Assembly: GCA_964247745.1 (NCBI GenBank)
Contig: CAXTVT010000003.1
Location: 23,835-87,834, forward strand
Reading direction: 5' to 3'
DNA: 64,000 nucleotides
DNA from: an uncultured Beijerinckiaceae bacterium
GTDB lineage: Bacteria; Pseudomonadota; Alphaproteobacteria; Rhizobiales; Beijerinckiaceae
The stretch's first letter is position 1. Each line of letters starts with the position of its first letter. Below the pieces are notes generated by a model. The model worked only from the letters and a program-made list of their open reading frames with translations, did not search any database and was not told where the DNA came from. Both the position numbers and the translations under genes were made by a program. Positions 47,064-55,922 of this stretch are shown piece after piece.

Positions 47064-50000
47064 TCAAGCAGCGAAGCGGTCGCCGTCTGCGGTGACGCGG
47101 CCGTAGCGCACCAGCGTACCGAGAACCTGGATCACCCGCTGCTCGACGCGCTTGCCGCCGCGGTTGAAGCCGCGCGCGATCTCGGTGGCCGTCATCGGAC
47201 GCCCGGCGGCGCGCAGGGCACGCTCCACGACCAGCGGATGCTCCTGGCGGTTCGACGGGAAGGCGGGCAGACCAACCGCTGCCACGGGCGCCACCACTTC
47301 GGGCAAGTCGAGCTCGCCGGTGGTTTCCTGCGCGGCGGCGACCTGCTTGCCGAAGCGCGGGATCTGGTACTCGGGCCGTAGCCAGCGCACGAGGCCGGCG
47401 GCCTCCTCCCTGGCGCGCTCGGCGTTGAGCGCGACGAGCCGCGCGAGGATCTCGTCGTCGGAGAGGTCGACCGGCCAGCCGTAGGCCTCCGCCGTCAGCC
47501 GGTCGATCTGCTCGTGCAACTCCTTGAGGATGAGCACGAGGCCGCGATCCTTGACGTCCTCGTCCTTCGGCGTCAGCGCCGTGCCAATCTTGAGCTTTTC
47601 GAGGACGTTGTAGATTTCCGTATAACTTAGTTCGTTGTTATTTTCGAGAGCTGTTTTTCGATGATGCTCAAGGGCATAAGCGGCCGATGAAAGGGACGTT
47701 TTATTCTTGTCGGTTGTTTGCGGAAACGGGAGTGGTTCGAAACAAGTCGTATTATTATAAACAGGGTCATTTCCCTTACCCACGCGCCCGCCAATGGCAA
47801 AAGACCACGTCGTATGAAATCGCGAACTCATCACAGCTAAAAGCCAAAACTGATCCGATGCTACGACTCTGATTTTTTGATCCGGTATTATCTCATTTTT
47901 TACGAAAGTAAACCATCGATGTTTAGCAGTTTCAGCTGTTGCGATGAAAAAAGGTATGTCCTTGATCGCCTCCCTTAAACCAGGCCGCGGCTCGCCGAAG
48001 ATCCACCAATTCTTTCGATGATTATCGCGGATAACCTGGTCTCGAAGAGGTTTAACCTTCTCTAGAACATGCTGGTATGCGTGAGGATAATTCTGTCGTG
48101 ATTGCTCGGCCGTAAGCCCGAAAAAGTCTATGATGGGTTTGCTATTTCGATTGTAGGCAAGCGCACGACCACCCAGATAAGGTTTTATTATACTGTCTTG
48201 TTTTTGATCAAGGATCTTAATTCGCTCTGCCACGCCTTCACTTAATACGAATTCGAGAGACACAGGTATGACACCCATGAAAGATAACTTTTTATTCTGC
48301 AAAAGAGGCTTAGCGCTCGCTAGAGAGGCGCCGATTGAAAGCATAGAATTGATTGGACCGATTTTCGCGGGACCGAGGGTATCGCTATCGGCAAATCCAC
48401 CTTTTCTATTTAAGACCTGTTGCAGAGAACCGGAGAAGACACCCTTTCGAGCGACCGTCATCGCAATTCTGATGGAGGCAGACTGATCGCCGATCACCCA
48501 TGGATGGTCGGGTATAGCAAAAATTATTGAGACACTTTTTTTAGCGCCGAGATAAGATTGGACAACCGCCCTATTAAAAATCATTACAATCGAGTTGGTG
48601 GAAACCAACCCAAATCTGCGTATGCGCCCTTCGGCAAGTAGTTTGGCAGATTCACTCCACCAATACATTACGAAATCAGCATTTTCGGCAACATCTGTTC
48701 GGACTTTACGAAGGGCGCTACTGTATTCTGTGCCAAGCCTATCGTTCATGCGTTTGTTGCCGATAAACGGCGGATTGCCGACGATGAACTCCGCTTCTGG
48801 CCACACCGGTAGTCGCGCCCGCGGGTACGTCGCAATTTTTTTACTATCCCGCTCGACAAACGTCGGCACCGGATATCCATCCCACGTCAGCACTGCGTCG
48901 TACCCGCCGCGCAGCCCAAAGTTGATGTTTTTAAAATCCTTCAAAATCGGCTCGCTCGGGTGCCCCGTCCGGGTGAGATAATGCTGCTGCAGATAGCCGA
49001 TCCAGATCACCAGTTCGGCGATGGCGGCGGCGCGCGGGTTGATCTCCAGGCCGAGGAAGCGGTGCGGGTCGACCTCCTCCAGCCCCAACGTCTCCAGCCC
49101 GAGCTTGGCCAGCACCTCCAGCACCTCGCCTTCCAGACGCTTCATCAGCTCAAGCGACACGTAGAGGAAGTTGCCGGTGCCGCAGGCCGGGTCGAGCACG
49201 CGGGTGGCGCAGAGCTGGGCGTGGAAAGCGCGGGCGGCGGCGATGGCCTTGGCATTGTCACCTTCGTCCTTAGCCTGCTCGACCCTGGTCAGCGCCGCCT
49301 GCCAGTCGGCGCGCAGCGGCTCCATGATCGTGACGTCGACGAGGCGCTGCACGTAGGCGCGTGGCGTGTAATGCGCGCCGAGCTTGCGCCGCTCGGCCTT
49401 GTCCAGCGCCTGCTCCAACAGTGTGCCGAAGATCGCCGGGTCGACCTCCTTCCAGTCGTAGCGGGAGGCGGCGAGCAGCTCGCCGATCTCCTCCTTGCCC
49501 AGCTCGAAGACGGTCGTGGTCTTGAAAAGGCCGCCGTTGAATTTGCGCACGCGCGCCTCGACGACGTGACTGAAGTCCTCGCCCTCGTCCATGTGCTTCC
49601 AGAGCGCCTTCAGGCGATGTCCGAAATGCGTGGGGTCGGCGACGCTCTTCTCCAGCAGCTTGGAGAAGCTCGCCTCCGGCAACAGGCCGATATCCTCGGC
49701 GAACATCGTGAAGAGGCAGCGCATCAGGAAATGCGCGACGTCCTCGGCATTGGCGCCCTTGGCCTCAAGCGCCTTGCTGACCGCGGCGAGGCGCTTGGCG
49801 ATCTCGCGCGTGACGCGCGCCGCGTTCCTGGTGGGATCGAGCGAGAGCGGGTCCGTCCAGACGGTCTTGAGCCGCCCGCGCAGCTTTGGCTTGCGTAGGT
49901 CGTCGAGGTAGATGCGGAAGCCGTTGCGGTCGGGGAAATGCGTGTAGTCGCGGCCCGTGCCGGAGAAGTCTGCGTAGAGTTCGAGACAATGGCCGACGTC

Positions 50001-50456
50001 GCAGACGATCAGGAAGGGCGGCGCCGGCTGGCTCTTATCGAGCAGGAAGACGTAGCGCTCGCCCTGCTGGCGGGCGGAACGCATCATCGCGTCCCACTTG
50101 GCGCCGGTGCCGCGCTTGCCAAGCTTCTCCGGTTCGTCGAGCGGCAGACTCGTTTGTGATCCGCCTTGCTTCAGCAGGTCGTTGCGGGCGCCGGCGAGAC
50201 GGGATTGCTTGGCTTCGAGAATGAAGCAGCCCTTCTTGTAGAGGTCGATACGCTTGGGGGCGTGGATGTCGGCGCTGTCGCGCGGGCGCACGGCGCGCTC
50301 GAAGACGTAGTCGTTGTAGAGGTGGGTGGCGCCGGCAGGCTGCGGCCGCGCGACCTCGAGCACGTCGCACAGCTCGGTCAGGAACAGCTGGTAGTTCGCT
50401 CGCTCGGCGCCGCCTTCGAGGTTGGTCCACCGGCTGAGGAAATCGTCGATCGTCAA
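47064..50456 (-). CDS. MmeI-like Type IIL restriction-modification enzyme (PD-ExK nuclease + N6-adenine DNA methyltransferase + TRD)
   Basis: Probable TTG start at 50456; ERANYQLFLTELC, RIDLYKKGCFILEAK (PD-ExK-like), IFGTLLE, GAHYTP, LDPACGTGNFL (motif I), GNPPF (motif IV). Confidence 0.88.
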   Translation of the reverse strand: MTIDDFLSRWTNLEGGAERANYQLFLTELCDVLEVARPQPAGATHLYNDYVFERAVRPRDSADIHAPKRIDLYKKGCFILEAKQSRLAGARNDLLKQGGSQTSLPLDEPEKLGKRGTGAKWDAMMRSARQQGERYVFLLDKSQPAPPFLIVCDVGHCLELYADFSGTGRDYTHFPDRNGFRIYLDDLRKPKLRGRLKTVWTDPLSLDPTRNAARVTREIAKRLAAVSKALEAKGANAEDVAHFLMRCLFTMFAEDIGLLPEASFSKLLEKSVADPTHFGHRLKALWKHMDEGEDFSHVVEARVRKFNGGLFKTTTVFELGKEEIGELLAASRYDWKEVDPAIFGTLLEQALDKAERRKLGAHYTPRAYVQRLVDVTIMEPLRADWQAALTRVEQAKDEGDNAKAIAAARAFHAQLCATRVLDPACGTGNFLYVSLELMKRLEGEVLEVLAKLGLETLGLEEVDPHRFLGLEINPRAAAIAELVIWIGYLQQHYLTRTGHPSEPILKDFKNINFGLRGGYDAVLTWDGYPVPTFVERDSKKIATYPRARLPVWPEAEFIVGNPPFIGNKRMNDRLGTEYSSALRKVRTDVAENADFVMYWWSESAKLLAEGRIRRFGLVSTNSIVMIFNRAVVQSYLGAKKSVSIIFAIPDHPWVIGDQSASIRIAMTVARKGVFSGSLQQVLNRKGGFADSDTLGPAKIGPINSMLSIGASLASAKPLLQNKKLSFMGVIPVSLEFVLSEGVAERIKILDQKQDSIIKPYLGGRALAYNRNSKPIIDFFGLTAEQSRQNYPHAYQHVLEKVKPLRDQVIRDNHRKNWWIFGEPRPGLREAIKDIPFFIATAETAKHRWFTFVKNEIIPDQKIRVVASDQFWLLAVMSSRFHTTWSFAIGGRVGKGNDPVYNNTTCFEPLPFPQTTDKNKTSLSSAAYALEHHRKTALENNNELSYTEIYNVLEKLKIGTALTPKDEDVKDRGLVLILKELHEQIDRLTAEAYGWPVDLSDDEILARLVALNAERAREEAAGLVRWLRPEYQIPRFGKQVAAAQETTGELDLPEVVAPVAAVGLPAFPSNRQEHPLVVERALRAAGRPMTATEIARGFNRGGKRVEQRVIQVLGTLVRYGRVTADGDRFAA

Positions 50457-50572
50457 ATCAATCCCGTGGCGTGATGTTCGATCGCAAGATGCCTGCGCCG
50501 ACGCGTGCGTCAAGCGGGGGATATCCTCACGCAGCACTCGCAGCGGTTGAACGACCCTGCCATCCTGTGTCG

Positions 50573-50839
50573 ATGAACTCCTATCAGCCCGACCTCTTCG
50601 CCACCGCCGAGCCGGCGCAGCCCTTCGTGGGCCGGGGCGATCCCGATCGGGTGCGGGCGCGGCTAACGCGCATTATGGCCGAGGCGCGGGCGGCGCAGAC
50701 GGTGCCGTGGAGCCGCAACGACGAGGGGATGTACGAGATCATCGTCCCGCAAATGACGAAGTGGCTGCCGGCCGACGAGGCGGCGCGCTGGTGCGCGGAC
50801 TTCACCGCCGAGCTGGCGCGGCTGCGGCGTGGTGCCTGA
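50573..50839 (+). CDS. Small hypothetical protein (88 aa) divergent from the R-M gene
   Basis: MNSYQPDLFATAEP...PDRVRARLTRIMAEARAAQTVPW...VPQMTKWLPADEAARWCADFTAELARL; helical, coding-like. Confidence 0.65.
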   Translation: MNSYQPDLFATAEPAQPFVGRGDPDRVRARLTRIMAEARAAQTVPWSRNDEGMYEIIVPQMTKWLPADEAARWCADFTAELARLRRGA

Positions 50840-50852
50840 AACGGCGTGACGG

Positions 50853-50995
50853 GGGCCATGTCGGCGAACGACCCCCCGGATTCGGGCCATGTCGCGGAAC
50901 GCGGCAATGACAGGGTTCTGTGTCGCGGTACCCTGACATTGGACCGCGATTTTGTCAGGGTACCGCGACTTTGGCGGGGTGAAATGTCAGGTCTC
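50853..50995. repeat. Non-coding tandem array of five ~31-32-bp units with a 17-bp inverted repeat (copy B)
   Basis: TGTC at 50859, 50890, 50921, 50953, 50985; units 1 and 2 share GGGCCATGTCG(GC/CG)GAACG; perfect IR GTCGCGGTACCCTGACA (50922-50938) / TGTCAGGGTACCGCGAC (50953-50969). Confidence 0.65.
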
Positions 50996-51148
50996 GCGCC
51001 ATCGCTCATTGCAGGTATCGCAGCCGAAACAAAGACTTGTCTTCGGCTTCCGTACCGCATAGTGTGCCGGCACGCAATCGCCGCGTTTACATCGCGCGCG
51101 GCTTCTGCCACCTGACAGCCCTCGCCAACCGGAGAGTCCGACCCGCCC

Positions 51149-52280
51149 ATGCGCGCCGAAGCCGAAGCGCTCGCCGAGACCATCAAGCAGTCCGTAGGGC
51201 TGCTGAGGAGGCATCTTTGACGTCGAGGCTTCGACGCGCCGCCTCGCCGAGCTGAACGCCAAGGTCGAGGACCCCAAGCTCTGGGACGATGCCGACGCCG
51301 CGCAGAAGCTGATGCGCGAGCGCACCGATCTCGAGGAGCGGCTGGGCTCGCTGGCCGGGCTCGACGGTTCGCTGGAGGATGCCGTCACGCTGGTGCAGCT
51401 CGGCGAGGACGAGGCGGATGCCGACACCGAGAAGGAGGGCCTCGCCGCCCTGAAGGCCGTGCTGGCCGAGGCCGAGCGGCGCCAGGTCGAGGCGCTGCTG
51501 TCGGGCGAGGTCGACGGCAACGACACCTACATCGAGGTGCATTCCGGCGCCGGTGGCACCGAGAGCTGCGACTGGGCGCGCATGCTGTTTCGGATGTATG
51601 CGCGCTGGGCGGAGCGCCACAAGTTCAAGGTCGAGATCGTCGAGGAAACGTCGGGCGACGAGGCCGGCATCAAGTCGGCGACGCTGCTGGTCAAGGGCCA
51701 CAACGCCCACGGCTGGTCCAAGGTGGAGAGCGGCGTGCACCGGCTGGTGCGCATCTCGCCGTACGATTCGGCGGCGCGGCGCCACACCAGCTTCGCCTCG
51801 GTCTGGGTCTACCCGGTGATCGACGACAAGGTAGACATCGACGTCAAGGAGAGCGACTGCCGGATCGACACCTACCGCTCGTCGGGCGCCGGCGGGCAGC
51901 ACGTCAACACCACCGATTCGGCGGTGCGCATCACCCACATTCCCTCGGGGATCGTGGTGGCCTGCCAGAACGAGCGCTCGCAGCACAAGAACCGCGCGAC
52001 GGCCTGGAACATGCTGCGCGCGCGGCTCTACGAGGCCGAGATGGCGCGGCGGGAGGCCGAGGCCAGCGTCACCGAAGCCTCCAAGGGCGAGATCGGCTGG
52101 GGCCACCAGATCCGCTCCTACGTGCTGCAGCCCTACCAGCTGGTGAAGGACCTGCGCACCGGCCACACGTCGGGCACGCCCGACGATGTGCTGGACGGCG
52201 AGCTCGACGACTTCATGGAGGCGGCGCTGGCCCAGCGCGTCTACGGTGGCGGGCCCGACGCCGTCGACGACGTCGACTAG
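51149..52280 (+). CDS. prfB: Peptide chain release factor 2, with programmed +1 frameshift
   Basis: ATG 51149 MRAEAEALAETIKQSVGLLRRHL, then CTT-TGA-C (51215-51221) preceded by AGGAGG; the +1 frame continues DVEASTRRLAEL...; SPY and GAGGQ motifs present. Confidence 0.97.
51206..51221 (+). promoter_or_regulatory. prfB programmed ribosomal frameshift signal
   Basis: Internal Shine-Dalgarno AGGAGG (51206-51211) followed by slippery CTTTGAC. Confidence 0.95.
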
Positions 52281-52289
52281 GGCGTGGCG

Positions 52290-53180
52290 ATGACCGAGGC
52301 GCTCCCGTCCGACCCGCCGCGCCCCGCCCGCCGCCGCCGGGAACCGGCCTTCAACGTGCCCGCCGTCATCGTCGTCGTCTGCGGGGTGCTGCTCGGCATC
52401 CACGGCCTGCGCGCGCTGATCAGCAACGAGGCCGACAACGGCCTCGTCGCCCAGCTCGCCTTCATCCCCGCGCGCATCACGCTGGCGCTGTTTCCGAAAT
52501 CCGTGGCGCTGGTCGACAGCTACCAGGCCATCGTCGCGCAGAACCCGATCTTCGCCCAGCAGATCGGCTTCCTGTTGGGCGACGGCCAGCTGAAGCCTTG
52601 GACGCTGCTCACCTACGCGCTGCTCCACGCCAGCTGGGCCCATGTCGGCTTCAACTGCATCTGGCTCGTGGCCTTCGGCTCGGCCGTGGCGCGGCGCTTC
52701 TCGACCCCGAGCTTCCTGCTCATGCTCTGCGCCGCCGCGATCGCCGGCGCGCTGGCGCAATGGCTCGCCAACTACGCCAGCTTCGGGCTGGTGATCGGGG
52801 CCTCCGGCGCCGTCTCGGGCGCGATGGGCGCGGCGGTGCGCTTCGTGTTCCGCCCCAACGAGGAGCCGCGGCAGATCTTCGATCGGCGCGGCCTCGACGC
52901 CGCCTACCGCCTGCCGGCGCTGAGCCTGCGCGACACGCTCGCCAACCGCACCGCGCTGGTCTTCATCGTGTTCTGGTTCGCCACCGACCTGCTGTTCGGG
53001 CTGTTTCCGGCGCTCAGCGGCATCAGCGACCAGCCCGTCGCCTGGCAGGCCCACATCGGCGGCTTCCTCGTCGGCATCCTGGCCTTCCCGCTGTTCGACA
53101 GGCGGCAGCCGGCGCCGACGCCGCCCGTCGAGCGCGAGGACAGTGCCGACCTCGGGGCCGCCCTGCCCCCGGACGCCTGA
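52290..53180 (+). CDS. Rhomboid family intramembrane serine protease
   Basis: TYALLHASWAHVGFNCIWL, IGASGAVSG (catalytic Ser), AWQAHIGGF (catalytic His). Confidence 0.93.
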   Translation: MTEALPSDPPRPARRRREPAFNVPAVIVVVCGVLLGIHGLRALISNEADNGLVAQLAFIPARITLALFPKSVALVDSYQAIVAQNPIFAQQIGFLLGDGQLKPWTLLTYALLHASWAHVGFNCIWLVAFGSAVARRFSTPSFLLMLCAAAIAGALAQWLANYASFGLVIGASGAVSGAMGAAVRFVFRPNEEPRQIFDRRGLDAAYRLPALSLRDTLANRTALVFIVFWFATDLLFGLFPALSGISDQPVAWQAHIGGFLVGILAFPLFDRRQPAPTPPVEREDSADLGAALPPDA

Positions 53181-53209
53181 ACGGCACGCGCCGTGCTCGC
53201 GTTGCCTCC

Positions 53210-54193
53210 ATGATCCTGTGCGAGGTCGTCGGCGCGACCAAGACCTTTCCCGGCGGCATCCGCGCGCTCGACCACGTGTCGCTGGCGATCGAGACGGGCG
53301 AGTTCTTCACCCTGCTCGGACCCTCGGGCTGCGGCAAGACCACGGTGCTGCGCCTGCTCGCCGGTTTCGAGCATCCCGACGCCGGCGATGTCCGGCTCGA
53401 CGGTCGCTCGGTCTTGGACGAGCCGCCGAACCGCCGCCCGGTCAACATCCTGTTCCAGTCCTACGCGCTGTTCCCGCACATGAGCGTCGCCGCCAATGTC
53501 GGCTTCGGCCTGGAGAGCCGCGGCCTGCGCGGCGCCGCGGTGCGCGACCGCGTCGCCGCCATGCTGGCCCTGGTGCGGCTCGAGGCGATGGCCGCGCGGC
53601 GACCGGCGCAGCTCTCCGGCGGGCAGCAGCAGCGCGTGGCGCTGGCCCGCGCGCTGGCGCCCGCGCCCCGCCTGGTGCTGCTGGACGAGCCGCTCTCCGC
53701 GCTGGACCCGAAGCTGCGGCGCGAGATGCAGGGCGAATTGAAGCGCATCCAGCGCGAGACCGGCGTCGCCTTCCTGCTGGTCACGCACGATCAGGAGGAG
53801 GCGCTCTCGATGTCGGACCGGGTCGCGGTGATGGAGAGCGGCCGCATTCGCCAAGTCGGCACGCCCGCCGAGATCCACGCCAAGCCGAGCTGCCGGTTCG
53901 TCGCGGATTTCATGGGGGCCAACGTGCTGCCGGGCGCGCGGGCCGGCTTGAACGCCGCCTTCGCCGCGATCCGGCCCGAGCGGGTCGAACTGGTGCGGAG
54001 CCCGGAAGAGGGCGCCCTGCCCGGCGTCGTCGAGACGCTGACGTTCCTCGGCGTCCGCACCGCCTGCACCGTGGCGCTGGAAGGCGGTGGCCACCTCGTC
54101 GCCGAGCGCGACGACCTGCCGGACGGCCTCGCGCCGGGCGAGCCCGTGGCCTGCCGGTTGCCGCGCGGCGCCCTCGTGCCGCTCGAGGATTGA
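53210..54193 (+). CDS. ABC transporter ATP-binding protein (PotA-like, spermidine/putrescine type)
   Basis: ATG 53210 MILCEVVGATKTF; GPSGCGKTT, FQSYALFPHM, LSGGQQQRVALARA, LLDEPLSALD. Confidence 0.92.
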   Translation: MILCEVVGATKTFPGGIRALDHVSLAIETGEFFTLLGPSGCGKTTVLRLLAGFEHPDAGDVRLDGRSVLDEPPNRRPVNILFQSYALFPHMSVAANVGFGLESRGLRGAAVRDRVAAMLALVRLEAMAARRPAQLSGGQQQRVALARALAPAPRLVLLDEPLSALDPKLRREMQGELKRIQRETGVAFLLVTHDQEEALSMSDRVAVMESGRIRQVGTPAEIHAKPSCRFVADFMGANVLPGARAGLNAAFAAIRPERVELVRSPEEGALPGVVETLTFLGVRTACTVALEGGGHLVAERDDLPDGLAPGEPVACRLPRGALVPLED

Positions 54194-54194
54194 G

Positions 54195-55067
54195 ATGGGT
54201 CGCCGCTCCGCCTGGCTCGCCGCCCCGGCCCTCCTGACCATCATCGCCCTGATGCTGCTGCCGATGCTGATCGCACTCGGCTATTCGCTGATGACGCCGT
54301 CGCCCTACGGCGGCGTCACCGCTCCGGCGACGCTCGCCTCCTACGTCCGGCTGGCCTGGGACCGCGATCTCGACGATCGCCTCGCGCTCGACCCGACCTA
54401 CGCCTGGATCCTGGCGCGCTCGCTGGCGCAGGCGGCGGCGGCGACCCTGATCTGCGTGGCCGCCGGCCTGCCGCTCGCGTGGTGGATGGCGACGCGGCCA
54501 CCGCGCGCCCGGCGCTGGCTGCTCCTCGCGGTCACCGTGCCGTTCTGGACCAACCTGCTGATCCGCACCTATTGCTGGGTGCTGATCCTGCGCGACAACG
54601 GGCTGCTCAACCAGGCGCTGCAAGGCCTGGGTCTGACGAAGGCGCCGGTGACCTTCCTCTATTCCGACGGCGCGGTGCTGCTCGGCCTCGTCTACGCCAA
54701 CCTGCCGTTCATGGTGCTGCCGATCTACGCCGCGCTGGAGAAGGTCGATCCGCGCCTGATCGAGGCGGCGCACGATCTCTATGCCGGTCGCCGCCGCATT
54801 CTTTTTCGCGTGGTCTGGCCGCTCGCCAGGCCGGGGGTCGCCGCCGGTACGCTTCTGGTGTTCGTGCCGGCGCTCGGCTCGTTCCTGGCGCCGGACATCC
54901 TCGGCGGCAATCGCAGGCTGATGCTGGGGCCGCTGATCCAGCAGCAGTTCTCGAGCGCCCGCGATTGGGCGTTCGGCTCCGCGCTTTCCATCGTGCTGAT
55001 GGCGCTGGTGTTGGTCGCGCTCGCGATCGGTGTGCGACGGCGCTCGAGCCTCGAGCTCGATCGATGA
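54195..55067 (+). CDS. ABC transporter permease (PotB-like)
   Basis: PFWTNLLIRTYCW, LPFMVLPIY, LIEAAHDLYA (EAA loop). Confidence 0.9.
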   Translation: MGRRSAWLAAPALLTIIALMLLPMLIALGYSLMTPSPYGGVTAPATLASYVRLAWDRDLDDRLALDPTYAWILARSLAQAAAATLICVAAGLPLAWWMATRPPRARRWLLLAVTVPFWTNLLIRTYCWVLILRDNGLLNQALQGLGLTKAPVTFLYSDGAVLLGLVYANLPFMVLPIYAALEKVDPRLIEAAHDLYAGRRRILFRVVWPLARPGVAAGTLLVFVPALGSFLAPDILGGNRRLMLGPLIQQQFSSARDWAFGSALSIVLMALVLVALAIGVRRRSSLELDR

Positions 55068-55870
55068 GGCGCGGCTTCGACTGGCGGCGGATGCCGGCGA
55101 TGCGCCTCGCCGGCGTGGTCACGCTCGCCTTCCTCTACCTGCCGCTGCTGATGCTCGTCGTCCTCAGCTTCAACGCCAACCGCGTCGCGCTGGTCTGGGG
55201 CGGGTTCAGCCCGCGCTGGTTCGCCGTGGCGCTCGGCAACGAGGACCTGCGGCGCACGGCGCTGAACAGCCTCGTCGTGGCCGGCGCCGCGACGCTGGTG
55301 TCGACCATGCTGGCGCTGCCCGCGGCGCTGGCGCTGGAGCGCGGCGGCCCGATCCGCGGCCGTGCCGCCGGCGAGGCGCTGATCGCCCTGCCGCTGGTCG
55401 CGCCGGAGATCGTCACCGCGGTGGCGACGCTGGTGCTGTTCGAGGCGATCGGCCTGCACGCCGGGCTCGTCGACGTCGTGCTCGCCCATGTCGTGTTCTG
55501 CATCCCGTTCGCCCTGCTGCCGATCCGGGCGCGGCTGCGCGGGATCGGACCGGATCTCGAGGATGCGGCCCGCGATCTCTACGCCGGGCCGTGGCGCACG
55601 TTCCGACGAGTGACGCTGCCGCTGCTGGTGCCGGCGATCGTCGCCGGGGCGACGCTGGCCTTCGTCGTCTCGCTCGACGACTTCCTGATCACCCTGATGG
55701 TGGCGCCGGCCGGTGCAACGACGCTCCCGGTCTACCTCTACGGCATGCTGCGGCTCGGCGTGACGCCGGAGGCGAACGCCGCGGCGACGCTGCTGCTTCT
55801 GGTCTCGGTCGCCGCCGTGGCGATCGGACAGGGGTTCGCCTCGATCGGGCGACCACCCGACGGGCCGTGA
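55064..55870 (+). CDS. ABC transporter permease (PotC-like)
   Basis: FLYLPLLMLVVLSFN, PLVAPEIV, LEDAARDL, SLDDF, TTLPVYLY; ATGA overlap. Confidence 0.9.
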   Translation: MRRGFDWRRMPAMRLAGVVTLAFLYLPLLMLVVLSFNANRVALVWGGFSPRWFAVALGNEDLRRTALNSLVVAGAATLVSTMLALPAALALERGGPIRGRAAGEALIALPLVAPEIVTAVATLVLFEAIGLHAGLVDVVLAHVVFCIPFALLPIRARLRGIGPDLEDAARDLYAGPWRTFRRVTLPLLVPAIVAGATLAFVVSLDDFLITLMVAPAGATTLPVYLYGMLRLGVTPEANAAATLLLLVSVAAVAIGQGFASIGRPPDGP

Positions 55871-55922
55871 CGGGTTCTTCGAAGCTCTCGCGGACGACAC
55901 GCCTTGGTGCTACCTTCGCATC

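Noticed and set aside
50853-50995. Array as a CRISPR locus
   Set aside because: The units are degenerate and contiguous, without identical repeats separated by unique spacers, and there are no cas genes.
52284-55870. Very high GC in the rhomboid/pot genes as evidence of an island
   Set aside because: Only sampled by eye; explainable by Ala/Gly/Leu-rich membrane proteins, and no mobility genes or boundaries are evident.
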